Of a DNA stretch of 64,000 nucleotides, positions 47,929-58,204 are shown piece by piece. The translations under genes were made by a program, and so were the position numbers. Location: NCBI GenBank assembly GCA_964503265.1, contig CAZCYO010000005.1, forward strand, positions 39,151 to 103,150, in the 5' to 3' direction. The notes beneath the pieces were generated by a model that had not been told where the DNA came from, ran no database searches, and saw nothing but the letters and a program-made list of their open reading frames with translations. Origin of the DNA: an uncultured Gammaproteobacteria bacterium. GTDB taxonomy: Bacteria > Patescibacteriota > Microgenomatia > Levybacterales > UBA12049. How positions within the stretch are numbered: position 1 is the first letter of the stretch; each line of letters begins with the position of its first letter.

Positions 47929-50900
47929 ATGAAACAAAACGAATTTTATGTGAACGAGGATCAGCTTAGATTGACAGAAAAGCAGCATCAAAGCTATGCT
48001 AGATCTATGCACGAACCTGCCCTGGACACGAAAGAAGACAAAGCATTAGATACTGCTGTCAGTAAATTTGTAGTTAGAATTCAGTCTGCTTTTAGAAGGC
48101 AGGATGATGCTGAGAAGAAAAAACAGGAAGAAGAAAAGAAAAATCTTGAGAAGAACGCGGATAAAGATACCAAACCTGATTCTCCGATTAATAAAACGCC
48201 GGTAACAAATGAGCATGATACTCTTCAAGAACCGAAAGTATCACTCCTCTCAAAACTTTTTGGTGCACTCGTATCAGGTATATCAAATGAAAAATTACTT
48301 GTAAAAGCTGAATCGTTCACGCAGTCTTACAAAACCCTTAATACCGCAAAGCCTGAAGAGTTAAAAGATCTTTTTTTATCATGGGAACCTGACACGAAAG
48401 ATCGAACAGAGATCATGCTGTCTAAAACTGCGCAGCGAATGATTTTAGAGATCGTTAAAGATAAAGGGATTAGCACTGCTATCTTCCTCCAGGCTGTCAA
48501 TAGTGGCTCAACTGTTAAAGCACAGGAAGCTGCATCTACCATACAACACACAGCTGGTGTTTCAGAACCTATGCAAAAAGCAATTCAAGACATCCTCGAT
48601 ACGATGGAGGTTCATCCGGTCGATGAATGGAAAACGGAAGACTATGCGAAACAATTCGTAAAACTACATAAAGCAGTAGAGAAGAGTAGTGATAGTGGTA
48701 CTCCACAGAGTGCTGTAGATCTTCAAGTTGCGCAAGTCGTAGAGAATTTTCTTATTGACGAAGTAACAGCAGATAATGTCTCGGAAAATTCATTTGTACA
48801 AGCAGTAACGACAGTCGTGACGAACAGTGAAGAAGCAGATGGGAATGCTTCGTTTCATGCACACCCTGAACCTATTCAAAAAAACGATGAACAGAAAGCT
48901 GTTTTAGAAGCAGAAAGAATTCTTAAAGAAAACCAGACAGCTACTCCTACTGCAGATGCAGCTGATGCCTATCTAAAAAATCAACCAGCAGCATCTCCTG
49001 AGACAATTCACACTTTTTCTAACATACCTAAAAAACTTTCTGGAGGACATAGTGTTGAGACAGCATATGCTGTATGGAAAGCCTTTAACAGAGGACAAGA
49101 GCTAAGTGAAGAACAGCGACTGCTTGCTGAACGTGGATTAATCCCTACTCTTGAAGGTGGTAGTCCTCTAACACGAGCAGATGATGGAGAACAGGTACAT
49201 AACCGCCTTCCAATGCAAGAAGTCAGGATGGGAGCATCTCCAGATACGACTACGTTCGAAGAATTTCTTGATACTCTTGACCCTGAAGCGAAAAAAAATC
49301 TTCTAGAATCGCTTGCAGAAGCAGACAAAGAAGCGGTAAAAAAACCTGAAGTACGAGCATTAGAGCGAGCAGAAAATTTAAAGGATCGTATTGATCGATG
49401 GGGGACAAGTTATGACCCCAAAAAAAGGCAAGAAGACTTAAAAAAACTGCGTGGACTTGTTCAACCAAACGGAGAGCTGACTACCAGACGTGGTAGTATT
49501 CTCAGTGCCATTAAGCGTGCGAAGTTTGATCCTGATGAGCCTCCTGTTGATGATCCAGAAGATACGACAGGAAGAAAGAAAGTCGCACGAGGGATAAGTC
49601 CAGAAAAAATTAAAAAAGAGCGTGATTATGTCCAGAAAATTTTTGAAGCAGCGCGTGCCAGTGTTAATGATGCATTATTAAGAGGAGATATCGATGCTGT
49701 GAAAATAACAGAAAAGGGGTTACTTGATCAACTCCTTATCTATGAAAAAAAGTATCCGAGTGAACGCCGGGGCAAAGGAAAAGAAGGATATGACACAGTT
49801 GAGAATATTAATGACTTGTGTGAACAAATCAGTCGAAGTGACGATAGATTCGATATCGGTGGAGACTATCAACTGATAGATGATAAAACACAGAGTGTAA
49901 ATGAGCAAAACTTCATGATTTGGATTCGAGAACAAATGGTGTATTGGCATGGACAAGATCCTGATAGTGAAGTAAAGTTCTTCTCCCAAATTGCTGTTGA
50001 TAATAACGACCTTTTTCGTCCAATTAATTTAGGATCGATGATTGCAAATAAGAGTCTGTACTTTAAAACTCGTGATAATAATACCCTTGAAGATCTGTAT
50101 AACGAAGTAACGAATCTCGCATGGTTAATTGGAGGAATTCGCAACATGGATATTTCATATCGTTTACAGATGACCCCTGAGGAAAAAAACGGAGAACTGA
50201 TGGCAAGTTTACTTGCAAATAACATGCTTACCAAAAAAAGTGCTAATGGAAAGAATACCTTAGAGGCTATTCTCACGATGGCTGGTCGTTTCTACGATAA
50301 AGCAAATCACGGCGATGCTGGCGATGATTTTATGGAAAAACATCGAGATATGGATTTGGGGGACGGAATAGCCACCGGACTTGCCATTTACTACAACATT
50401 ACCGACAAAGAAAAATTACAATCGTTAATTGGTGCTGATACGCATTTCTTTAAACGAAGTGGTTTTAAAATGGCACTGGAGAAGATGGCTGGAGTGGATA
50501 AATTAGATCTTCCTGAGGTCGCCGAAAGGAAAATGCACGCATATTTAAAAAGAGCAAAACTTCTTACGAAAGATGATGATGACGTTGATGATACATTCGA
50601 AGCATTCATGGATAAATGGTTTGGCAAAGAGGAGGACGGAGAGCTCCAGGAAAAAGGACGAACTGACTTTATGAAAATGCTCAATGTGTTTGTGCCAGAA
50701 CCACACCCACAACAAGTAGACCTAGCCAATCAATTGATTCGTCAAGCTATTACTGAGCTGTCAAATAAACATAAGGAGCCTCGGGTTAGAGGGAAACCAA
50801 ATGATTTTGCGCAAGCTGATGTGGCAGATGACGCCACAGCAAACTTCGCTCAATTAACTGCAAGTCTTATGAGCTGGTGGGGTGGTGCGGCTGCGAAAGC

Positions 50901-52212
50901 TGATACAGGAGTGGCTGCGGTAAATGGTATGTCGAAATACAAATGGGTAAGAAGCTATAAGTATAAACAGGCTGATTCTGGACGTGCCGGTCCGGTAGGT
51001 AATTTGTATGGTATGGGTACAGTTCAAGAAGTATACGTCGATGTATTTACTGGTATGTTAACGATTGGGAAGAAATCTATCATGGAAGTGGTCGAGCGGA
51101 AAATAAAAGACTTGAAAGATAAAAAATCATTTGAAGAAAAAGAAAAAACAGCACAAGAGCTTAACTTTAACCTTAATACAGCAAAACAATATGGAGCTAA
51201 TACGTCTAATGCGGCAAAGATTTATTTATCAGAAGGTGGTGCCGATATGCCACATTTCCATGATTTCATCGAGGTGAATCAGTGGGGAACAGTCAGAATC
51301 AATGCAGATAAAATGGCCGAGGCATTTCAAGATAAAATTATTAAACCTGCTCGTTATAACTGGAGAACCAACCCCATGCCATTTCATAAAGATGTCAGAA
51401 AATTACTCGATGATCCTAAACTACCTAAAAAGATTAAGCTTAAAGATGGAAGAGAAATACCGGTTCGAGACACCTATATGACTGTCACTCAGCTGGAAAA
51501 TACTTTTAGTAGACAAGCGATTAGTAATATTCAAAAGATTTTCCAGCATGATATGCATCATAAATTTAATATGGATAAAGATGATAAGAAGTCTGTTGAT
51601 TATTTTACTGCTAATGCACATGCAAAGTTTTTTGACGAAAAAGCTGGGCGAGTGTATCGATTTAAAGTGAACGAAAAAGGAGACTATGTCGATAAAAAGG
51701 GAAAAGCGATTCATATGCCACATCATGAGGGCGGACATCATCAAAGTGAAGTAGACTGGCTATTAAAACGTGGTGTTGTTGATTGGGATACGAATAAGAC
51801 AACTGTGGGTCTTGAAAGTAAATTACCTAAAGAAATAGCTGACTTAATGGATAATAGTATTTTTCGAAGTATTGTGGTGAGAAGTTATTTGGTAACACGA
51901 TTTGGAGGATTGTTATACGGAAATTCTGTCAGAAACAGTCCATATAAGTTCTTAGATATTTTATCTCGTGAACATGCAGTTGAAGGACTTGAAAGTATCC
52001 CGACGAACGCTGTCGCAGATGAAGATGATCTGCATGCGAATAATATGCATGGACACTATTTTTCTCACTTTGATATCCAACTTATTCGAAAATTATCAAA
52101 TAATCAGCGTTGGAAGAATTATAGTAAAGCAGTAGGCGAGTCGTTTAGTTCAGGAACATTTGAGGGACTGAAAGAACTTTGGAGCTTCTTCTGGAAAAAC
52201 GCATTTAGTTAA
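47929..52212 (+). CDS. giant hypothetical protein (1427 aa), soluble, K/E/D-rich; candidate secreted substrate/effector or structural protein of the T4SS-like locus
   Basis: Uninterrupted 4.3-kb ORF with no TM segments or nucleotide-binding motifs. It lies between the regulator/4HB genes and the VirB6-like gene (its 3' end overlaps by 4 nt). Confidence 0.5.
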   Translation: MKQNEFYVNEDQLRLTEKQHQSYARSMHEPALDTKEDKALDTAVSKFVVRIQSAFRRQDDAEKKKQEEEKKNLEKNADKDTKPDSPINKTPVTNEHDTLQEPKVSLLSKLFGALVSGISNEKLLVKAESFTQSYKTLNTAKPEELKDLFLSWEPDTKDRTEIMLSKTAQRMILEIVKDKGISTAIFLQAVNSGSTVKAQEAASTIQHTAGVSEPMQKAIQDILDTMEVHPVDEWKTEDYAKQFVKLHKAVEKSSDSGTPQSAVDLQVAQVVENFLIDEVTADNVSENSFVQAVTTVVTNSEEADGNASFHAHPEPIQKNDEQKAVLEAERILKENQTATPTADAADAYLKNQPAASPETIHTFSNIPKKLSGGHSVETAYAVWKAFNRGQELSEEQRLLAERGLIPTLEGGSPLTRADDGEQVHNRLPMQEVRMGASPDTTTFEEFLDTLDPEAKKNLLESLAEADKEAVKKPEVRALERAENLKDRIDRWGTSYDPKKRQEDLKKLRGLVQPNGELTTRRGSILSAIKRAKFDPDEPPVDDPEDTTGRKKVARGISPEKIKKERDYVQKIFEAARASVNDALLRGDIDAVKITEKGLLDQLLIYEKKYPSERRGKGKEGYDTVENINDLCEQISRSDDRFDIGGDYQLIDDKTQSVNEQNFMIWIREQMVYWHGQDPDSEVKFFSQIAVDNNDLFRPINLGSMIANKSLYFKTRDNNTLEDLYNEVTNLAWLIGGIRNMDISYRLQMTPEEKNGELMASLLANNMLTKKSANGKNTLEAILTMAGRFYDKANHGDAGDDFMEKHRDMDLGDGIATGLAIYYNITDKEKLQSLIGADTHFFKRSGFKMALEKMAGVDKLDLPEVAERKMHAYLKRAKLLTKDDDDVDDTFEAFMDKWFGKEEDGELQEKGRTDFMKMLNVFVPEPHPQQVDLANQLIRQAITELSNKHKEPRVRGKPNDFAQADVADDATANFAQLTASLMSWWGGAAAKADTGVAAVNGMSKYKWVRSYKYKQADSGRAGPVGNLYGMGTVQEVYVDVFTGMLTIGKKSIMEVVERKIKDLKDKKSFEEKEKTAQELNFNLNTAKQYGANTSNAAKIYLSEGGADMPHFHDFIEVNQWGTVRINADKMAEAFQDKIIKPARYNWRTNPMPFHKDVRKLLDDPKLPKKIKLKDGREIPVRDTYMTVTQLENTFSRQAISNIQKIFQHDMHHKFNMDKDDKKSVDYFTANAHAKFFDEKAGRVYRFKVNEKGDYVDKKGKAIHMPHHEGGHHQSEVDWLLKRGVVDWDTNKTTVGLESKLPKEIADLMDNSIFRSIVVRSYLVTRFGGLLYGNSVRNSPYKFLDILSREHAVEGLESIPTNAVADEDDLHANNMHGHYFSHFDIQLIRKLSNNQRWKNYSKAVGESFSSGTFEGLKELWSFFWKNAFS

Positions 52213-53939
52213 TCAGAAGGTAGCTCTTGTCTGGCAGTGACTTGACCTGTTGTCGTTTGTACTGGAGTAGATGGTCGATCTCTTCGTACACCACCTGTTA
52301 GGATACGTATGCCACTTGATACTTTGCCCCATGTTCCTTTTGCTGCATTTGCTCCGGTTCCTGTTAGGAATTGTCCAGCTGCATATTTATATGAACCATC
52401 AGATTTCTTCTCAAATGTTTTCTTACCTATCCATTTAGGAATCATCGTCGTACCAGCAGCGCCTTTCTGGAATCCACCAAGGATAGCTGGAGCGATGTAT
52501 TTATTTGGACTGGACTTGAGTGCTTCTCGAACCATCGTTAACATGTCTGGGAGGATGAGGAGGAAAGAAAATCCGATGATGTAGCCTAGTCCGCTAACAC
52601 CTGTCGCTGGGGTGCCGATAAGTGGGGGATTAAAGCTGAGTGTTTTATCGTTTCCAGATGTCATGAGAATACGTCCAGCGAGCATCACTGCGACACAGAC
52701 AGGATAGATCATGAGATTTGAGATAAGTCCTCTGATCCACGGGCTAAAGCCAAATGTGCTTTCAGGGAAAATGCCTGCAAATAAATAGAGTGGACCAAGT
52801 GCGGTATAGATAATGACGTAGGCAAAGGAGCGAAGTAACATAAACCAAATACGAAACAAGGTAATCATAATCGCGATGATGACGACGAGAGTGACGAATA
52901 CATCGACGACCCATTTGAGTACTGAATTAAACATCCCAGCAGCACAGTTGCCGATATTTCCACCATCATCTCCTGCTTGCCACGGGCCTATTTTAAATCC
53001 GCATGGACTGTTATTTGGAAAAATTGTAAGCGATCCTGCAACGTCTCCAAATGTCTCAGCAACACGACGTGAAATTGCGACTGGGCCAGCAGCGACATCA
53101 CCAGGAGTGTTTAGCGAATATTCATCTTTTAAGTTGTCCGTGATTGCACCATAAAATCCGTAGGGACTTTTGATGAGGTTCTGGATAACTTTTCCATTAT
53201 CTATTTGTCCTGCATCTTCGACAGATTCAAACAGATTAATCGCCAGATATGTCGTCGCCCACATCGCATCGACTAAAATGCCGACAATCGCATAAGAAAA
53301 AGTGATGAGGAGCATTGTTATGACAATTTTAGGAAGCTGGTTTTGAATCGTCATTACTGTTCGGGGATCGATTTTGACTCGCAGCATGATCGCAAGTCCG
53401 ATAATGACAAAGGCAATTACAAATCCCATATATGCAATATCTCGAAATATTCTCCAGAAACGAAGCATATAATCGAGCTGTTCAAATCCAGTACTTTGGG
53501 CATATGTTGATGTCACAACGCCGAAGTTATTTGCCATATATGAGACATAATTTCCTGTATGAATTGGCATGGCGTACATATCACCCATAGAGGAGGTAAG
53601 TGCTCCGATTAGTCCACCTGGTTGATTGGTCTGCGAGGGCGTAGCATAGCCTATTTTATTTGTCTCACGATTAATTGTTAGACATGGCTTTTGTGTTATC
53701 ACATCAGTACCGGATAATTGACAGATCATCGAAGCGAGTACTTCGATCATCATGGACTGGACAAATGTATGCTGATTTTGGGGAACATTCGCGTCGGTAT
53801 TAGGTGTCACATATTGGTTATATCCTTGTGCATGGGACGTGGGGACAATAGCTAAGACTGAACCAGATATAAGAACGAGAAAAAGAAAAAAAGAAAAAAT
53901 TTTTGAAGGAGAAAACTTCACCAAGGCAGGCAGATGCAT
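52209..53939 (-). CDS. VirB6/TrbL-like polytopic membrane protein
   Basis: 576 aa; signal peptide, ~130-aa extracytoplasmic N-domain, then at least 6 TM segments and a hydrophilic C-terminus. The topology and its position in a T4SS-like locus fit VirB6/TrbL. Confidence 0.5.
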   Translation of the reverse strand: MHLPALVKFSPSKIFSFFLFLVLISGSVLAIVPTSHAQGYNQYVTPNTDANVPQNQHTFVQSMMIEVLASMICQLSGTDVITQKPCLTINRETNKIGYATPSQTNQPGGLIGALTSSMGDMYAMPIHTGNYVSYMANNFGVVTSTYAQSTGFEQLDYMLRFWRIFRDIAYMGFVIAFVIIGLAIMLRVKIDPRTVMTIQNQLPKIVITMLLITFSYAIVGILVDAMWATTYLAINLFESVEDAGQIDNGKVIQNLIKSPYGFYGAITDNLKDEYSLNTPGDVAAGPVAISRRVAETFGDVAGSLTIFPNNSPCGFKIGPWQAGDDGGNIGNCAAGMFNSVLKWVVDVFVTLVVIIAIMITLFRIWFMLLRSFAYVIIYTALGPLYLFAGIFPESTFGFSPWIRGLISNLMIYPVCVAVMLAGRILMTSGNDKTLSFNPPLIGTPATGVSGLGYIIGFSFLLILPDMLTMVREALKSSPNKYIAPAILGGFQKGAAGTTMIPKWIGKKTFEKKSDGSYKYAAGQFLTGTGANAAKGTWGKVSSGIRILTGGVRRDRPSTPVQTTTGQVTARQELPSD

Positions 53940-54018
53940 ACGTATAGTGTGCTACATTCTTATATATGTGTCAAGATCAATAGGCAGGAAATAACATCTC
54001 TCTATACTATAATAGTCG

Positions 54019-55074
54019 TTGAAAGTAGGCCTTGTGTTTTTACAGGGTGATCTTTATGATGAATGTATGGCGCGCATAGTATTTTTTGAAACAGAAGAGT
54101 GGGAAGAGAAATTCTTTACCGAACATTTTCCTTCAGAAGACGTTCATTTTTGCCCACATACACTCGTTCCTAATCACGAATTTGATCAATCTCTGTTTGA
54201 TGCTGAACTTATTTCCGTTTTCGCATTCTCCAAAGTAACAAAAGAAATACTTGAGAAATTTGGAAATCTCAAATATATTACCACTCGTTCAACGGGATTT
54301 GATCATATTGATCTTGAATACTGTAAAGAAAAAGGAATAGTCGTAAGTAATGTTCCTGCGTACGGAGTTCATAGTGTTGCAGAACATACAATTGGACTCA
54401 TGCTCGCTCTCTCTCGAAAAATTATTCCTTCAGTTGAAAGAACACGAAAAGGAGATTTTCGTGTGGAAGGACTTCGTGGATTTGATTTGGCCGGCAAAAC
54501 ACTAGGAGTTGTAGGCACAGGGAACATAGGGAAAGTTGTTATTCAAATCGCACTAGGAATGGGTATGAATGTGATAGCGTATAACCGTCATAGTGACGAT
54601 GAATTAGTGGCACTGGGTGTAACGTTTACTGATCTTGATTCTGTATTGTCTCAGGCAGATGTTGTATCGCTCCATTTGCCATACATGAAAGAAACACATC
54701 ATATTATTAATATGGACAATATTACTAAATTTAAAAAAGGAGCGATTCTTATTAATGCTGCACGTGGAGGATTAGTTGAAACTCAAGCAATCTTAGAAGG
54801 GCTAAATAAGCAAATTCTGTCTGGAGCAGGACTTGACGTACTAGAAGAGGAAGTTAATATCCGAGAAGAAAGCGAATTGCTTTCAACATCACTTACAGAA
54901 AGCGTGGACTTAAAAACCCAACTCCTCGATCATATTTTACTTAATCGAGAAGACGTGATTGTGACTCCACATAACGCCTTTAACAGTAAGGAGTCAGTGC
55001 AGCAAATCTTAGATACCACAGTTAAAAATATTCAACAATACCTCACGGGAACTCCAGAAAATGTTGTTTCATAA
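54019..55074 (+). CDS. D-isomer-specific 2-hydroxyacid dehydrogenase (NAD-binding)
   Basis: 351 aa; GVVGTGNIGKVV Rossmann motif and a catalytic R/E/H arrangement. The start is probably at the internal MARIVFF. Confidence 0.8.
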   Translation: MKVGLVFLQGDLYDECMARIVFFETEEWEEKFFTEHFPSEDVHFCPHTLVPNHEFDQSLFDAELISVFAFSKVTKEILEKFGNLKYITTRSTGFDHIDLEYCKEKGIVVSNVPAYGVHSVAEHTIGLMLALSRKIIPSVERTRKGDFRVEGLRGFDLAGKTLGVVGTGNIGKVVIQIALGMGMNVIAYNRHSDDELVALGVTFTDLDSVLSQADVVSLHLPYMKETHHIINMDNITKFKKGAILINAARGGLVETQAILEGLNKQILSGAGLDVLEEEVNIREESELLSTSLTESVDLKTQLLDHILLNREDVIVTPHNAFNSKESVQQILDTTVKNIQQYLTGTPENVVS

Positions 55075-55214
55075 CTATATACCAGGTACGTAATGGGAAA
55101 AAAACGCCTCATCATAAAAGATAAAAAACTCAAAGAACGTATAAAAAAAGATGGGAAAAAGAATGCGAAGAGAGATTTTTTAGAATTACTCAGAAGATCT
55201 GCACGAACACTTGA

Positions 55215-55682
55215 TCATGCTTGATCTTTTTTCTCCACAAAACGGAATTCGAGTTTCTTAAAGAACGTAAAAGCAAATATTTTCTCTGAATCTTGTAATA
55301 AGTCTCCGTTATTCTGCTCCATAAGTGTGTGAATTCGTTTTGTAATTCTCCATGCCGTTTTGTATGTTACCCCGAGTTCTTTTTGTAACTTTCTCGCAGA
55401 GATAGAACCCTTGGTATGTGTCATTAAAAACATTGCATAGAACCATATGCGAAGGGGAGTAGATGATTTTTCAAAAATAGTTCCAGCGAGTGGATACACA
55501 TGAGATCGACAGTACTCACATGTGTATGCAGTCCTATTCTGAAGCTTGTAATGTTTTGTTATTTTGTCACATTTGTTACAAGTTATTCCTTTTGGAAAAC
55601 GTAATTTTTTAATTTCTTCAAGACATGCATCGTTTGATGGGAATTGTTTTATCAGTTCTGAGAGAGGGAAATTTTGATTCAT
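55215..55682 (-). pseudogene. IS1595-family transposase N-terminal fragment (zinc-ribbon + HTH only; DDE catalytic domain absent)
   Basis: 155 aa; LSELIKQFPSNDACLEEIKKLRFPKGITCNKCDK...YTCEYCRSH...AGTIFEKSSTPLRIWFYAMFLMTHTKGSISARKLQKELGVTYKTAWRITKRIH matches the IS1595 N-terminus. No DDE domain follows. Confidence 0.55.
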
Positions 55683-55788
55683 AAATATATGATATTAAGC
55701 CTATCTACGTGTTGTCAAGGGATATATATAAAAAATACCTATTGACGAGTAATATCCTTTTTGTCTAGCATAGATATATACCAATAAA

Positions 55789-58146
55789 TTGGTAACAAAA
55801 CATTACATGAAACATATTCTTTCATCGGTAGTCGATAATTCGATTACATTACTTCTTTTTATTGTTGCAGGACTAACGCCGCTTCTTTTTGTGACGCAAA
55901 CCACAGAGTTTTTTGAAATTCCAAAAACAATCTTTTTAATTGTTTCGACTGTTGTACTTCTCGGACTTTGGATTGTTTCCTGGATATTAAAAGGGAAGGT
56001 ATCAGTTACAAGAACACCCCTTGATATACCATTAATTGCGCTCCTTATTGTTGTTGGAATTTCTACCTATTTTAGTATTACAAAATATCCATCAATTTAT
56101 GGTAATTTTCCTCGTCTTCATGGATCAACAGTTACCTGGGTTACATATATTATTCTCTATTTCGTCACGGCATCACATTTGCGTTCTCTTGCAAAAGTAA
56201 AAACATTTCTTTATGTACTGTTTGGTAGTGCGCTTGTTGTTTCATTAGTTACGTTACTTTCATTCTTCCACGTGTTCTTACCATTTGATTTTGCAAAAGC
56301 AGTTAACTTTACTCCAACTGGTTCTACCTTCTCAACTATTGCAATGTTACTTCTTTTATTACCATTACCACTGCTTTCACTTATTCGTCCTAATTTGTAT
56401 ATGCCACTTCCACTGGCACTTGTGTTATCAGTCCTCTTTAGTATCGTTGTTGTCTTGACTGGATCTATTGGAAGTTATGTTATCTTGGCAGCAATTTATG
56501 CAGCTACTGCACTTGCTGGTCGAATTGATCAACACAAGAAAATGGCTATGTTCTTTGTAATGCCACTTGCGATCACTGCATTAACGTTCGTGTTAGCATA
56601 TCTCCCAATTCCTGGTGTTAATAGTATCCAAACACTTGAAGCAAATTTTCCAAAGGAAATTCAATTACCATTTAACGCTTCATGGAAAGTTAGTGCATCA
56701 GTATTCCGTGATGCACCATTCTTCGGCACTGGTCCTTCAACATACCTGTTTAACTTCACATCATACAAACCAGCAGAATTTAACCTTCTTAACTTCTGGA
56801 ACTTCACGTTTGATACTGCACACAACGAATTCTTAAACGTCCTTGGAACAATTGGAGCAGTCGGAGTCGGAGCACTTGCACTTCTGTGTGTCGTAGTCGC
56901 ATTCATGAGTTGGAAAAATATCTTTACACGAGAACATGAAGAAGGGGAAGAAGCAAGTGAGTCCTCACACACATTCCTTGCAGGACTTGGGATTAGTGGG
57001 ATAGTAGCAATTGCACTTCTTGGGATTCACGCTACAACTACAGTGTCATTTGTTTTGACCCTCTTTATCTTTGCAGCTCTTGCAATGTCTCAGAAATCTA
57101 TTCGTGAGAAAGTTTCTGAATTCTCAATTGGACTTAAAGCTTCTGCTCATAATGATCGACAATTTGATTTATTCCCAATCTTACTCTTCATAGTATTCGT
57201 AGTCGGCGCAGTACCAGTTCTTTATAAGACATACACTGCAACTATGGCTGACTTCTATCACAGACTTGCACTCTCTCAAGCTAACAAAAATGGTACATTA
57301 ACATACCAATATCTCCAAAGAGCAGAATCATTAAACCCAACTGTTGATCTCTATAGAGTTGATATGGCTCAGACTAATTTCGCACTCTCTAATGCACTTG
57401 CAATCCAGAAAGGTCCTACGAAAGAGAATCCACAAGGAACACTGACTGATCAAGATAAGAAGACAATTCAAACACTTCTTTCTCAAGCAATTAGTGAAGG
57501 CCGAGTAGCTGTAGCATTGAGTCCTCGTTCTGCTCGAAATTGGGAAGTACTAGGTTCAATTTATCGAAACATCACAGGTGTTGCACAAAACGCACTTGCA
57601 TTCTCACTTGATGCATATGGCCGAGCAATTCAACGAGATCCACTTAATCCAGCTCTGAGAATCAGTGTCGGTGGCATCTATTACTCAGCTAAAAGTTATG
57701 ACTTGGCTATTAGATTCTTCTCTGATGCAGCTAACTTAAAACCTGATTATGCAAATGCATACTTCAATCTTTCAATCGCTCTTAAAGATAAAGGCGATAT
57801 CCAAAACGCAGCAGTTGTTGCACAGCAATTAGTAACACTTCTTAAGAAAGATACGAATAGTGCTGATTATAAACTCGCATCTAAGTATCTTGAAGACTTA
57901 AAAGTTCAGTTAGCAGCAGCAGCAAAAGCAGATAAAGAAACAACAGATGGTACAACACCAGCTCCAACACCTGCAGCTAATAACCAAACAGCTCCAGCAG
58001 CTCAAACAAATAGTGCTCTTCAGCAGAATACATCAGGAGTCAAAGTATCGAACCTTAACAACGCACCATCTGTTACACCAGTTCCATCAGTAAAGCCAAA
58101 TCCTAACGCTAATCTTCCAAAAACCACACCAGCTCCTAAACAGTAA
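55789..58146 (+). CDS. O-antigen-ligase-like polytopic membrane protein with C-terminal TPR repeats and an A/P/T-rich tail
   Basis: 785 aa; at least 10 TM segments in the N-terminal ~430 aa; TPR-like repeats in the region YANAYFNLSIALKDKGDIQNA; low-complexity C-terminus. Confidence 0.5.
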   Translation: MVTKHYMKHILSSVVDNSITLLLFIVAGLTPLLFVTQTTEFFEIPKTIFLIVSTVVLLGLWIVSWILKGKVSVTRTPLDIPLIALLIVVGISTYFSITKYPSIYGNFPRLHGSTVTWVTYIILYFVTASHLRSLAKVKTFLYVLFGSALVVSLVTLLSFFHVFLPFDFAKAVNFTPTGSTFSTIAMLLLLLPLPLLSLIRPNLYMPLPLALVLSVLFSIVVVLTGSIGSYVILAAIYAATALAGRIDQHKKMAMFFVMPLAITALTFVLAYLPIPGVNSIQTLEANFPKEIQLPFNASWKVSASVFRDAPFFGTGPSTYLFNFTSYKPAEFNLLNFWNFTFDTAHNEFLNVLGTIGAVGVGALALLCVVVAFMSWKNIFTREHEEGEEASESSHTFLAGLGISGIVAIALLGIHATTTVSFVLTLFIFAALAMSQKSIREKVSEFSIGLKASAHNDRQFDLFPILLFIVFVVGAVPVLYKTYTATMADFYHRLALSQANKNGTLTYQYLQRAESLNPTVDLYRVDMAQTNFALSNALAIQKGPTKENPQGTLTDQDKKTIQTLLSQAISEGRVAVALSPRSARNWEVLGSIYRNITGVAQNALAFSLDAYGRAIQRDPLNPALRISVGGIYYSAKSYDLAIRFFSDAANLKPDYANAYFNLSIALKDKGDIQNAAVVAQQLVTLLKKDTNSADYKLASKYLEDLKVQLAAAAKADKETTDGTTPAPTPAANNQTAPAAQTNSALQQNTSGVKVSNLNNAPSVTPVPSVKPNPNANLPKTTPAPKQ

Positions 58147-58204
58147 GTAATAAGTATTGTTGATTGTTTCATTGGATTACTAACATTGTTCTATTGCTAT
58201 GCTT

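Noticed and set aside
55093-55224. 43-aa Lys-rich ORF downstream of the IS1595 fragment as a real small protein
   Set aside because: It is too short and of too low complexity to call without conservation or expression data. It is kept only as a note under the IS1595 finding.
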